Source: an uncultured Actinomycetota bacterium (GTDB lineage Bacteria > Actinomycetota > Actinomycetes > JAHEKZ01). Taken from it: a DNA stretch of 64,000 nucleotides. The stretch spans positions 448,001-512,000 of the forward strand of contig CAVQYR010000001.1 of the NCBI GenBank assembly GCA_963718235.1, written 5' to 3'. The notes under the pieces were generated by a model that saw nothing but the letters and a program-made list of their open reading frames with translations, was not told where the DNA came from and ran no database searches. Shown in pieces: positions 48,554 to 58,156 of this stretch. Numbering within the stretch: the stretch's first letter is position 1; every line of letters begins with the position of its first letter. The position numbers and the translations under genes were made by a program.

Positions 48554-49270
48554 CCGGGCGGCGTCGACGAAGGCGCGCACGATCGCCCTCTGCTGCGCGT
48601 CGTCGGCCATGTCCTCCGGGTGCCACTGCACGCCGAGGAACCACCAGCCGTCGCGACCCACGGTCGCGACCGCCTCGACGGTGCCGTCGTCCGCCCTGGC
48701 CAACGTCCGCAGACCCGCACCCAGTGTGTCGATGCGCTGGTGGTGGTAGCACGAGACGGCGAGGTCGTCGGTGACGTCGACTCCCTTGGGCCAGCCGTCG
48801 CCGTCGACCTCGACGGTGTGCCGCACCTCGGTGTGCACGACCTCGCGGTGAGGCTCCTCCATGTGCTGCTCGAGGGTTCCGCCCAACGCCACGTTGACGA
48901 CGTGCAGTCCACGGCAGACCGCGAGCAGCGGAACGCCACGGTCGAGCGCCCAGGTGGCTACTGCGAGGTCCATGGAGTCCTGCACGGTGTCGACGTCGTA
49001 GAGATGCTCGGAGTCGACGTCCTGGCCGTAGCGGCGTGGGTCGAGGTCGCCACCGCCGGGCAGCAGGATCCCGTCGATGAAGCTCAGCCGCTCACCTACC
49101 TCCTGGGGACTGAGTGCGTCGACATCGGGCCACGGCAGCAGGGACAGGGGCTCACCGCCGGCCTCATGGACCATCGTGAGCAGCGCTCGCGCGTTGACGG
49201 CAGCGGCGTACCTGAGGGCCGAGGTGGCGGCGGCGAACCGGGCCGGGATGCCGATCAGCGGGCGACTCAC
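48536..49270 (-). CDS. Gamma-glutamyl-amide hydrolase (PuuD / peptidase C26 family)
   Basis: RPLIGI, LPGGGD, AVCRG, HHQ, GVQWHPE. Confidence 0.9.
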   Translation of the reverse strand: MSRPLIGIPARFAAATSALRYAAAVNARALLTMVHEAGGEPLSLLPWPDVDALSPQEVGERLSFIDGILLPGGGDLDPRRYGQDVDSEHLYDVDTVQDSMDLAVATWALDRGVPLLAVCRGLHVVNVALGGTLEQHMEEPHREVVHTEVRHTVEVDGDGWPKGVDVTDDLAVSCYHHQRIDTLGAGLRTLARADDGTVEAVATVGRDGWWFLGVQWHPEDMADDAQQRAIVRAFVDAARLQQDR

Positions 49271-50514
49271 CCGGCAGCGACCTTCACCGGGAATCGCTTG
49301 ATGCCATGGATGAAGTTCGAACGCACGTGCTCGACCTCACCGTTCAGCTCGAGGTGGACGTCGCGGCGCAGGAGCTCCTCGATCATGATCCGGACCTCCA
49401 GGCGCGCCAGCTGGTTGCCCAGGCAGAAGTGCGGACCGCCCTTGCCGAACGTCACGTGGTCGTTGTTCGTGCGCTTGATGTCGAAGACGTCGGGGGCTTC
49501 GAAGACAGCCTCGTCCCGGTTGCCGGAGGCGTACCACATGACGACTTTGTCGCCTTCTCGGATACTCCGGCCGTGCAGCTCGTGGTCGCGGGTCGCGGTG
49601 CGGCGGAAGTGGTAGACGGGTGAGGCCCAGCGCAGGAACTCCTCGACCGCTGCGGGAAGGAGCTCGGGCTGCTCGCGCAGTGTCTCCGCGGCGTCGGGAT
49701 GCTCGATGAGTGCCCGCATGGTGTGCGACAGCGTGTGCCGGGTCGTCTCGTTGCCAGCGGCGACCAGTAGCAGGAAGTAGTTGTGGAAGTCACGCTCGGA
49801 CAGCGGGACGCCGTCCTCTGGCACCTGGTTCACGAGCTTGCTGACGAGGTCGGTTCCGGAGCCTCCTTGGCGTTCACGGGCGAGGGAGTCGCCGTAGGCG
49901 AAGACCTCGAGTGCGGCAGGGGAGCGGAACGGAAGGTCGCGGTACTGCTCGGACTCCTCGCTCTCCAGCAGGACGTCGGCATAGTCGGGGTCGGTGTTGC
50001 CGACCAGCCGGTTGCTCCACTTGATGAACTGGTCACCCATCTCGTCGGGAACGTCCATCAGGCGGACCAGCACCCGGATCGGGTAGTCGGCGCTGACCGA
50101 CTTCACGAAGTCGAACTCGCCCTGGGCGAACGCAGCGTCCAAGGTGACCGCAGTGAGTCCGCGCAGGAATGTCTCGTAACCGGCCAGGCCACGTGCGGTG
50201 AACTCCCGCTGCAGCAGGCGGCGCAGGGCCCAGTGGCGGGCGCCGTCGGTCTCGAGCATCGACTTGCGCACCTCGAGCTGCGAGGCATCCAGCTCTTCGA
50301 TGCCCACCGCCCCGCGCTCGGAGGAGTACGTCTCGTCGTCCCGGCCGACCGCGACGATGTCGTCGTGGCGGGTCAGCGACCAGAAGCCGTGGTTCGGGGA
50401 AGGCTCGGGGTTCCAGTGGACCGGAGCCTGCTCGCGCAGCACGCGGAACGCGCCCCAGGGGGCGCCACCGGCGAAGAGGTCGAGGTCGGAGAGGTCGATG
50501 TCGTCAGGGGTCAC
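49267..50514 (-). CDS. Cytochrome P450
   Basis: AGNETT, EFLR, FGKGGPHFCLG. Confidence 0.93.
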   Translation of the reverse strand: MTPDDIDLSDLDLFAGGAPWGAFRVLREQAPVHWNPEPSPNHGFWSLTRHDDIVAVGRDDETYSSERGAVGIEELDASQLEVRKSMLETDGARHWALRRLLQREFTARGLAGYETFLRGLTAVTLDAAFAQGEFDFVKSVSADYPIRVLVRLMDVPDEMGDQFIKWSNRLVGNTDPDYADVLLESEESEQYRDLPFRSPAALEVFAYGDSLARERQGGSGTDLVSKLVNQVPEDGVPLSERDFHNYFLLLVAAGNETTRHTLSHTMRALIEHPDAAETLREQPELLPAAVEEFLRWASPVYHFRRTATRDHELHGRSIREGDKVVMWYASGNRDEAVFEAPDVFDIKRTNNDHVTFGKGGPHFCLGNQLARLEVRIMIEELLRRDVHLELNGEVEHVRSNFIHGIKRFPVKVAAG

Positions 50515-50545
50515 GGGGCAGCTCCCGGTCTGGACGCGCGGGCGG

Positions 50546-51895
50546 TCAGAGGTGGTAGGAGTACTCGCGGAACTCCCAGTCGGTGACGAAGCGCTCGAAG
50601 CGCTCGATCTCGTTGCGCTTGTAGGTGACGAACGAGGTCACGAAGTACTCGCCCAGGGCCTCGCCGAGCACCGTGTCGGCCTCCAGCGCGTCGAGGGCGG
50701 CGACGAGGGTCTGCGGCAGCATCGGTGCGGACTCGGGGTCGTAGCCGTAGCCCTCCAGTGGCGCCGGAAGCTCGAGCTTGTCCCGCACGCCGATGTAGAT
50801 CGCGGCACCGACCGCCGCCATGATCAGGTACGGGTTGGCCGTGGCGTCGCCCAGCCGGACCTCCATCCGGGCGCCGGGGCCGCGCTCCGGCGGGACGCGC
50901 AGCATCGCGCTGCGGTTGTCCAGGCCCCAGTCGATGAGCCAGGGGGCCAGGGTGTCCGGGCCGAACCGCTTGTAGGAGTTGATCGTGGGGTTCGCGATGG
51001 CGGCGAGCGCGGGGGCGTGACGCAGGACACCGGCGATCGCGTGGCGTCCGACGGCTGAAAGGCCGTGCTCGCCGTCGGGGTCGCCGAACACGTTGGTTCC
51101 GGCGTCGTCGTTGAGCGAGACGTGGAGGTGGAAGCCGGAGCCGCCCTCGTCGTTGAAGGGCTTGGCCATGAAGGTGGCGAGCATGCCCTCGTAGCGGGCG
51201 ATCTCCTGGACGGCCGACTTCATCCGGAAGGCCCGGTCGGCGGCATCGACCAGCTCGGTGTGGTTGAGGTTGATCTCGAACTGACCTGGACTGAACTCGT
51301 GGTTGGCCGCGGTCACTTGCAGATCTGCGTCACGTAGCCAGCGCAGCGTGCGCAGCAGGATGCCGTTGGGGTCGCCCTTGCGGCCGACGACATAGACGTT
51401 GCCGGTGCTGTCGGCGTACCGGCTGTACCCGCTCGGCGTCGACGGGTCGGGTTCGCAGAGGTAGTACTCGAGCTCGGGTCCCACGATCGCGGTCAGGCCG
51501 ACCTCGGACAGCAGCCCCGCAACGCGGCGTACGACGTTGCGCGGTGACTCCGGTGCGGGAGACCCGTCGACCAGGAAGGCGTCGCCGAGGCAGCTTCGCG
51601 CTCCGGGCTCCCAGGGCATCGGTGCCAAGGTGGCGAAGTCGGGTCTGACCAGCACGTCGGGGAGCCCGGCCTCGATGCCTCCCTGCACCGGGACGACGTC
51701 GCCCATCGGGCTGGTGTGGTAGGTCGCCCGGCAGAAGGCCATTCCGTGTCCAGCGGCGGTCTTGAGCTCATCGATGAGGACGTCACGCCCTCGGTCGACC
51801 CCGATCATGTCGGGGAACGAGACGCGCACGACGTCGATCCCCTCGGAGCGCAGCTGCTCCACAACCTGCCGGACGTCCGCGCTCTCGCTGCCCAC
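50546..51895 (-). CDS. Glutamine synthetase-like gamma-glutamyl ligase (PuuA/GlnA-like)
   Basis: GPELEY, HEFSPGQFE, FMAKP, GSGFHLH, NSYKR, DNRS, EVRLGD; GTG start after GGAGG. Confidence 0.88.
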   Translation of the reverse strand: MGSESADVRQVVEQLRSEGIDVVRVSFPDMIGVDRGRDVLIDELKTAAGHGMAFCRATYHTSPMGDVVPVQGGIEAGLPDVLVRPDFATLAPMPWEPGARSCLGDAFLVDGSPAPESPRNVVRRVAGLLSEVGLTAIVGPELEYYLCEPDPSTPSGYSRYADSTGNVYVVGRKGDPNGILLRTLRWLRDADLQVTAANHEFSPGQFEINLNHTELVDAADRAFRMKSAVQEIARYEGMLATFMAKPFNDEGGSGFHLHVSLNDDAGTNVFGDPDGEHGLSAVGRHAIAGVLRHAPALAAIANPTINSYKRFGPDTLAPWLIDWGLDNRSAMLRVPPERGPGARMEVRLGDATANPYLIMAAVGAAIYIGVRDKLELPAPLEGYGYDPESAPMLPQTLVAALDALEADTVLGEALGEYFVTSFVTYKRNEIERFERFVTDWEFREYSYHL

Positions 51896-51913
51896 GGTGC
51901 CTCCTGGGAACTC

Positions 51914-51927
51914 GTTTGGACCCGAAC
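51914..51927. promoter_or_regulatory. Putative operator, palindrome copy 1
   Basis: GTTTGGACCCGAAC between the divergent ligase and LLM genes. Confidence 0.6.
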
Positions 51928-52029
51928 CATAGTGACGGGGCTCGCCCGGCACAAGGGCTTCGTCCAGTCTTCCGGCACGGCGGCGGCGTGGGTAGGGTCC
52001 GGCGCAGCCCAGTCGTCCAGGAGGCGTCC

Positions 52030-52965
52030 GTGCCCGTTCCGAAGCTGCTCCTCGTGCTCAGCGAGAACTGGACCCTCACCTCGCCCCGAGACCTTCGGGG
52101 TCTGGTCCGGATCGCGGTCGAGGCCGAGCAGGCCGGAGTCGACGGGGTCATGCTGAGCGAGCACGTCGTGCTCGGGGGGTCGGCAGGATCCGAGGGGGTC
52201 ATGGCGAACCCCCGGGACTACGCGCTGCCGGGCAACCAGGAGCCGGACATGCCGTGGCCGAGCTCGCTGGTGCTCCTGTCGGCGATCGCGGCCGTCACCG
52301 AGCGGCTGCGGCTCGTGGCGGGGGCGATCATCGCTCCTCTTCGGCATCCGCTTCTGCTGGCGCGTGAGCTCGGCACCCTGGACCTGCTCGCCGAGGGGCG
52401 GCTCGTCGTGATCCCCACCGTGAGCTGGCACCAGGACGAGTACGACGCGCTGGGGGTGCCCTTCCGCATGCGTGGGGCGATCCTGGACGAGCAGCTGGAG
52501 GTGCTGGGCAAGGCGTGGGGGCCTGGTCCGTTCTCCCACGAGGGGTCGTTCTTCCGGTTCGACGACGTGTGGCTGGAGCCGCACCCGTACCGAGAGCAGG
52601 GTCCGGTGCTGTGGTTCGGGGGGCAGCGGATGCATGGGGCCCTGCTTCGCCGGCTGGTGCGGTACGGCTCCGGGTTCAACCCGCTCGGGCGTCCGAGCGA
52701 CGAGGACCTCGGGCTGCTCCGACAGGGCATGCTGGACGCCGGCCGCGACCCCGGTGAGCTGGAGCTCGTCGGGGGCATCCGCGGCCGCTTCCCTGACGCC
52801 GTGGGTCCAGCGGACCTCGACGAGGCGCTCGCGTCGGTGCCCAGCCAGGTGGAGCGCGGGTTCACCACGCTGTGCTTCAAACCGTCGATGTACATCGACG
52901 ACGCGCGCGACGTCGCACTGCTGTGCCGGTCCATCGCGACCAAGCTGGAGGCGCTCGGCTGCTGA
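52030..52965 (+). CDS. LLM-class flavin/F420-dependent oxidoreductase
   Basis: SEHVV, RHPLLLARELGTLD; GTG start after AGGAGG. Confidence 0.85.
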   Translation: MPVPKLLLVLSENWTLTSPRDLRGLVRIAVEAEQAGVDGVMLSEHVVLGGSAGSEGVMANPRDYALPGNQEPDMPWPSSLVLLSAIAAVTERLRLVAGAIIAPLRHPLLLARELGTLDLLAEGRLVVIPTVSWHQDEYDALGVPFRMRGAILDEQLEVLGKAWGPGPFSHEGSFFRFDDVWLEPHPYREQGPVLWFGGQRMHGALLRRLVRYGSGFNPLGRPSDEDLGLLRQGMLDAGRDPGELELVGGIRGRFPDAVGPADLDEALASVPSQVERGFTTLCFKPSMYIDDARDVALLCRSIATKLEALGC

Positions 52966-53016
52966 GTCCGGATCGCGCGTTTGACCTTCACAGGTCCGGT
53001 GCTGGCGGCTAACCTC

Positions 53017-53030
53017 GTACGGACCCGAAC
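53017..53030. promoter_or_regulatory. Putative operator, palindrome copy 2
   Basis: GTACGGACCCGAAC just upstream of the ADC-like gene. Confidence 0.6.
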
Positions 53031-53043
53031 GAATGGAGCTGTC

Positions 53044-53847
53044 GTGGCTGAGCTCGGTGGATTCCTACCGCCCTACACCCCCTCGGGGCGGTCGGCGCTC
53101 GTCCCCTCCCCACCGTGGCACTACTCCGGCGACCTCCTGACGGTCGAGTACCGGACCGACCCCGAGCGGGTGGCTGCCCTGCTGCCCGCCGGGGTCGATC
53201 CGGCCCCGGCGGACCCAGGCGCGGTCGCGCTGATCTGGGCCGACTGGCAGTCGTGCTCCGACGGCGGTGAGGAGCTGCTCGACCCGGCGCGCTCGCAGTA
53301 CAAGGAGGCGTTCGCCGTCGTCCGCTGCAGCCATGCAGGTGTTACCTACTCGCGGTGCGCGCTGATCTGGGTGACTACCGACTTCGCGATCGGGCGCGGG
53401 CTGCACCAGGGGTACCCGAAGAAGCTCGGGTCGATCCAGATGACCCGGCCCATGCCCCACGGGAAGGCCGCCCCGCGCGTCGGGGCCGGAGGTCGCTTCG
53501 GGGCGACGCTGGCCGCCTACGACCACCGCCTGGCCACCGCCCAGATCACCTTGACCCACCCCAACGAGACCAATGGGTTCGTCAACGACCTCCCGATGCT
53601 GCACAACCGTCAGGTCCGGGCGATCGAGCGGGACGGCGGGCTGGTCCTCGACGAGCTGATCACGATGTCGGGTTACGACGCCGACCTGGGCCAGCCCTGG
53701 GCCGCTGACGCGCAGCTCGAGCTGTCCGACTCGCCCTGGGACGAGCTCGCCTCGGTGCTGCCGGTCCGGGAGATCATCGGCGGGTTCTACCGACAGGTCG
53801 GTGTCAGCTGGAACGGCGGAACCACGGTGGAGCGCCGTCCCATCTGA
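53044..53847 (+). CDS. Acetoacetate decarboxylase-like superfamily protein
   Basis: PPWHYSG, YKEAF, GYPKKLG (Schiff-base Lys). Confidence 0.87.
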   Translation: MAELGGFLPPYTPSGRSALVPSPPWHYSGDLLTVEYRTDPERVAALLPAGVDPAPADPGAVALIWADWQSCSDGGEELLDPARSQYKEAFAVVRCSHAGVTYSRCALIWVTTDFAIGRGLHQGYPKKLGSIQMTRPMPHGKAAPRVGAGGRFGATLAAYDHRLATAQITLTHPNETNGFVNDLPMLHNRQVRAIERDGGLVLDELITMSGYDADLGQPWAADAQLELSDSPWDELASVLPVREIIGGFYRQVGVSWNGGTTVERRPI

Positions 53848-53856
53848 CCCCCTCGC

Positions 53857-55116
53857 TCAGCGAGTGGTGACGGCGACCGGCATGCGCTTGACGCCGTTGA
53901 CGAAGTTGGAGCGCACGCGCTCGACCGAACCGTCCAGCCGTGCGGTGTCGACCCGGGCGACGAGCTCCTCGAGGGTGACCCGCAGCTCGAGCCGCGCCAG
54001 GTGTGACCCCATGCAGAAGTGCGGTCCCCCCTTGCCGAACGTGAGCAGGTCGACGCTGGGCCGGTCGAGGTCGATCTCGTCGGGGTGGTCGATGGCCCGT
54101 TCGTCGCGGTTGCCCGCCGCGAACCAGATCGCGACCTTGTCGCCGGCCTTCATCTGCACACCGTTGAGCTCGACGTCCTTGGTTGTCGTGCGCCGCATGT
54201 GGTGCACCGGCGGTCCCCAGCGCAGCATCTCGTCGAGAGCCGGTCCTTGCAGCAGCTCCGGCTGCTCCTGCAGGCGCACGAGAACCTGTGGTTGGTCGAT
54301 CAGCGTGAGCATGGCCAGCGTGATGGCCTGCCGGGTGGTCTCCTGGCCCGCCAGGGCGAGCAGCAGGAAGTAGTTGTCGAGGTCCTGCTGGGTGAGCTTC
54401 TCTCCCTCGACCTCCGCCTGGACCAGCCGGGTGATCACGTCGTCGGTCGGCTGAGCCCGACGTTGGGCCTGAACCTCGCGGCCGTACTCGAACACCTCGA
54501 GTGCGGCAGGGGAGCGGAACGGAACGAGTCGGTACTCCTCGCTCTCCTCAGAGCCGAGCAGGACGTCGGCGAGCTCCGGGTCGGTGTGGCCCACGAGCCG
54601 GTCCCCCCACGAGGTGAGCTGGTTGCGGTCCTCGTCGGGAACCGAAAGCAGGCGGCACAGAACGCGCACCGGAATCTCGCTGGAAACCGCGTGCACGAAG
54701 TCGAAGGTCGAGGACGCGAGTGCGTGGTCGAGGGTGTGGGCGACGATGCCCCTGAGGAAGGTCTCGTACCCGTTGATCACCCGGGGGAAGAACGCGCTGG
54801 CCGCAACCTTGCGCAGCTCGGCGTGCCGTGGCGGGTCGGTGTCGATGAGTGCGCGGCGCACCTTGAGCTGCTCGTCGTCGAGCTCCTCGAGGGACACCCC
54901 TCGGCTCGACGTGAAGGTCTCCCAGTCGCGGCTGACGTGGACGATGTCGGCGTGCCGGGTCACCGACCAGAATCCGGTGTGCGGCGCATCCTCCGGGGTC
55001 CACGCAACGGGCGCCTCGTCGCGCAGATGCTTGTACAGGGCCCACGGAGGTCCGGCCGAGAAGGTGTCAGGGTCGGCCAAGGGTGCAGCCAGTGCGCCGC
55101 CGTCCGGAGTGGTCAT
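53857..55116 (-). CDS. Cytochrome P450, paralog of 49267-50514
   Basis: AGQETT, EMLR, FGKGGPHFCMG; shares PFRSPAALEVF.YG with the paralog. Confidence 0.93.
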   Translation of the reverse strand: MTTPDGGALAAPLADPDTFSAGPPWALYKHLRDEAPVAWTPEDAPHTGFWSVTRHADIVHVSRDWETFTSSRGVSLEELDDEQLKVRRALIDTDPPRHAELRKVAASAFFPRVINGYETFLRGIVAHTLDHALASSTFDFVHAVSSEIPVRVLCRLLSVPDEDRNQLTSWGDRLVGHTDPELADVLLGSEESEEYRLVPFRSPAALEVFEYGREVQAQRRAQPTDDVITRLVQAEVEGEKLTQQDLDNYFLLLALAGQETTRQAITLAMLTLIDQPQVLVRLQEQPELLQGPALDEMLRWGPPVHHMRRTTTKDVELNGVQMKAGDKVAIWFAAGNRDERAIDHPDEIDLDRPSVDLLTFGKGGPHFCMGSHLARLELRVTLEELVARVDTARLDGSVERVRSNFVNGVKRMPVAVTTR

Positions 55117-55142
55117 GTGATCGCCTTCCCGCCGGAAAAGTT

Positions 55143-55156
55143 GTTCGTTGCCAAAC
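55143..55156. promoter_or_regulatory. Putative operator, palindrome copy 3 (degenerate)
   Basis: GTTCGTTGCCAAAC between the divergent P450 and GATase genes. Confidence 0.4.
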
Positions 55157-55229
55157 GTTCTCGCAGCGGGGATGCTAGAGCCTCGATCGGTTGTTCGGAA
55201 GGGCAAGACGTCGCTGATTGGGGTGGGCC

Positions 55230-55940
55230 GTGCGCGTGCTGTTCGTCCAGCAGGACCACGTGTCTCCCACCGGACCGGTGGGAGACGCCTTCGCGTCCCG
55301 GGGATACGACGTCCAGGAGTTCCTGGTCGTTCCCGAGGAGCACTTCCACGCACCAGCCGTCGTAGCCGACTTCCCGGATCCCCTGTCCTATGACGCGCTG
55401 GTGCCGATGGGCGCGCCCTGGTCGGTGTACGACCACGACACGATCGGCACGTGGATTCGCGACGAGATCGACTTCCTGCGCACGGCTCACGAGGCGGGTG
55501 TGCCGATCCTGGGCATCTGCTTCGGCGGCCAGGCGCTGGCGGCCGCGCTGGGCGGTGCGGTCATTCCGGCGGAGCGCCCTGAGGTCGGTTGGACGACGGT
55601 CGACACCGACCGGCCCGACCTGGTCGAACCGGGGCCGTGGTTCCAGTGGCACGGCGACCGGTGGGTGCTGCCCGAGGGTGTGCCCGCCTTCGCCCGCACC
55701 GAGCTCGCCGACCAGGCGTTCGTGGTGGAGCGCTCGCTCGGCCTCCAGTTCCATCCCGAGCTGACGCCCTCGATGCTCGACGGCTGGCTGGACAACGGCG
55801 GAGACGAGCACGCCGCCGCGCTCGGGATCGACGCCCAGCAGCTGCGGGACGAGACAGCGCGCGGAGCCGCCGAGGCGGCCGAGCGAGCAACCCGCCTGGT
55901 CGACGTCTTCCTCGACCGTGTGGCCACGGCCGGTCGGTGA
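55230..55940 (+). CDS. Type 1 glutamine amidotransferase-like protein
   Basis: LGICFGGQ, QWHGD, QFHPE triad motifs. Confidence 0.9.
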   Translation: MRVLFVQQDHVSPTGPVGDAFASRGYDVQEFLVVPEEHFHAPAVVADFPDPLSYDALVPMGAPWSVYDHDTIGTWIRDEIDFLRTAHEAGVPILGICFGGQALAAALGGAVIPAERPEVGWTTVDTDRPDLVEPGPWFQWHGDRWVLPEGVPAFARTELADQAFVVERSLGLQFHPELTPSMLDGWLDNGGDEHAAALGIDAQQLRDETARGAAEAAERATRLVDVFLDRVATAGR

Positions 55941-56083
55941 CGACGGTGCGCGCGCGACCCGCTCCCCACGATGCGCCTGGGCCGGCGTCGACCGACACCT
56001 GCGACCCGGCGTCCTGTCCGTGCCTGGTCGGGACATGCACCCTGAGCCGAGTCGCTCGAGCAGTGGCAGGAGAGGATGAGCTC

Positions 56084-56602
56084 ATGGCCGGCCAGCACAC
56101 GCTCACCGAGACCGAGCGCGCCGTGGGTGACCGACTCGCGTCGATGTCGCTCGACATGGCGGCCATGGCAGCTGTGAGCAACATCTACCGCGCGGCGGGG
56201 GCGATCCGGAACCGGTTCGAGCGAACCGTTCTCGCGCCGGCCGACCTCACCTGGACGGCCTGGGTCGTCCTGTGGGTCGTGTGGATCTGGGAGGACATCG
56301 AGTCCCGGCACGTCGCTACGGAGGCCGGGATCTCCAAGGGGACCCTCACGGGCGTGGCGAGCACCCTGGAGCGTCGCGGTCTGCTTCGCCGCCGGACCCA
56401 CCCCGACGACGCACGGCGAGTTCTGCTCTCGCTCACACCGGCCGGCAAGCGCCTGATGGGAAAGCTGTTCCCGCAGTTCAACGCGCAGGAGGCCGAGGTC
56501 GTCCAGCCGCTCGGCGCACGTGAGACCCAGGTTCTGACCACGGCGCTGCGCAAGATCGTGATGGGCCTGGAGGAGCCGACCGAATCCCCCGCGACTTCTT
56601 GA
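56084..56602 (+). CDS. MarR family transcriptional regulator
   Basis: wHTH ISKGTLTGVASTLERRG...DARRVLLSLTPAG. Confidence 0.9.
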   Translation: MAGQHTLTETERAVGDRLASMSLDMAAMAAVSNIYRAAGAIRNRFERTVLAPADLTWTAWVVLWVVWIWEDIESRHVATEAGISKGTLTGVASTLERRGLLRRRTHPDDARRVLLSLTPAGKRLMGKLFPQFNAQEAEVVQPLGARETQVLTTALRKIVMGLEEPTESPATS

Positions 56603-56638
56603 CGCCCTTCTCGACGTCACATATGTTCGGCCCCGAAC
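56599..56638 (+). promoter_or_regulatory. Sigma70-like promoter overlapped by perfect palindrome (copy 4)
   Basis: TTGACG-17 nt-TATGTT (56599-56627); GTTCGGCCCCGAAC at 56625-56638. Confidence 0.72.
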
Positions 56639-56689
56639 GATTTTCCTCGGGAGCGCACACCCTCGATTCGCCGGCTCGGGAGGCGACAC

Positions 56690-58156
56690 ATGACGATGGC
56701 CACGGTCGACGGCGTCGCGGTCGACACCCGGCACTGGATCGGTGGTCGTCGGGTCGAGAGCGCAGAGACCTTCGACGACGTGTCGCCCATCGACGAGCAG
56801 GTGATCGCCCAGGTCTCGCGGGGCCGTTCCGACGTGGCCGATGCTGCGGTGGCCGCGGCGCGAGACGCGTTTCCCGCGTGGGCGGCCACGTCACCGGAGG
56901 AGCGCTCGCGCATCCTCCATGCCGTTGCGGACGGCGTGGAGGCTCGGCTGGAGGACCTCGCCCGCCTCGAGACCCGTGACAACGGGTCCCTGATCCGGTC
57001 GCACCGTCGCGGCGTCATGCCCCGCGTGGCGATGAACTTCCGGTTCTTCGCCGACCACCTGCTGAAGCTGCACCACGACGACTTCGAGACGCGAGGGCAC
57101 CGCAACCACGTCAGCTGGGACCCGGCCGGGGTCACCGCCGTCATCACGCCGTGGAACGCTCCACTGATGCTGGCCACGTGGCGGATCGCGCCGGCCCTGG
57201 CAGCCGGGAACACCGTGGTGGCCAAGCCGCCGGAGTGGGCGCCGCTCACGGCCTCTCTGTTGGCCGACATCGCTGCTGAGGCCGGGCTGCCCGACGGGGT
57301 GTTCAACGTCGTGCAGGGGTTCGGGGCGGAGGCAGGCGCACCGATCGTGGAGCACCGCGACGTCCGCCGGATCAGCTTCACCGGCTCGGTGCCGACCGCA
57401 CGGACGATCGGTGCCGCTGCAGCCGCCAACGTCACCCCGGTCTCGTTCGAGCTGGGCGGCAAGTCCCCGCTCCTCGTCTTCGAGGACGCCGACCTCGACC
57501 TCGCCGTCGACCTCGCCGTCGAGCAGTACGACAACACGGGCCAGGTGTGCCTGGCGGCCGTCCGTCTCCTCGTCCACGAGTCGCTGGCCGACCAGTTCAC
57601 CGAGGCCTTCCTGGCCAGGGCGGCGTCGATCAGGCAGGGCGATCCCCGCGACGAGACCACCGACATCGGGCCCCTGATCAGCCGCCGGCACTTCGAGCGG
57701 GTCGACGGGTTCGTCCAGCGCGCCAAGGCGAGTGGTGCCACCGCGCTGCTGGGAGGGGGACCCAACGCCGACCTCGGTGGTCTCTACTACCGGCCCACCC
57801 TGTTCGTGGGGGCAGCCCCGGCGAGCGAGATCCTGTGCGACGAGGTGTTCGGTCCGGTGCTCACCCTGCAGACCTTCCGCACCGAGGCCGAGGCCGTGGC
57901 CATGGCCAACGCCACGAGGTACGGCCTGGCCGCGACGCTCGTCACCGGTGACCGGGCACGCGCCGAACGCGTGAGCAGCCAGCTCTCCGCCGGCACCGTC
58001 TGGGTCAACTGCTTCTTCGTGCGTGACCTGAGTGCCCCGTTCGGCGGCAACGGCGACTCCGGGATCGGACGCGAGGGCGGCACCTGGAGCTTCGACTTCT
58101 ACTGCGACGTGAAGAACAGCGTCTTCGCACCGAAGGGATGGATCGACCATGGGTGA
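56690..58156 (+). CDS. Aldehyde dehydrogenase, HpaE-like (hydroxymuconate semialdehyde DH)
   Basis: PWNAP, FTGS, ELGGKSP, GQVCLA, EVFGPV, RDLSAPFGG. Confidence 0.88.
   Translation: MTMATVDGVAVDTRHWIGGRRVESAETFDDVSPIDEQVIAQVSRGRSDVADAAVAAARDAFPAWAATSPEERSRILHAVADGVEARLEDLARLETRDNGSLIRSHRRGVMPRVAMNFRFFADHLLKLHHDDFETRGHRNHVSWDPAGVTAVITPWNAPLMLATWRIAPALAAGNTVVAKPPEWAPLTASLLADIAAEAGLPDGVFNVVQGFGAEAGAPIVEHRDVRRISFTGSVPTARTIGAAAAANVTPVSFELGGKSPLLVFEDADLDLAVDLAVEQYDNTGQVCLAAVRLLVHESLADQFTEAFLARAASIRQGDPRDETTDIGPLISRRHFERVDGFVQRAKASGATALLGGGPNADLGGLYYRPTLFVGAAPASEILCDEVFGPVLTLQTFRTEAEAVAMANATRYGLAATLVTGDRARAERVSSQLSAGTVWVNCFFVRDLSAPFGGNGDSGIGREGGTWSFDFYCDVKNSVFAPKGWIDHG

Noticed and set aside
50546-51895. 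Housekeeping glutamine synthetase (glnA)
   Set aside because: Context with PuuD-like hydrolase and P450s fits a gamma-glutamyl-amine ligase better; no symbol assigned.
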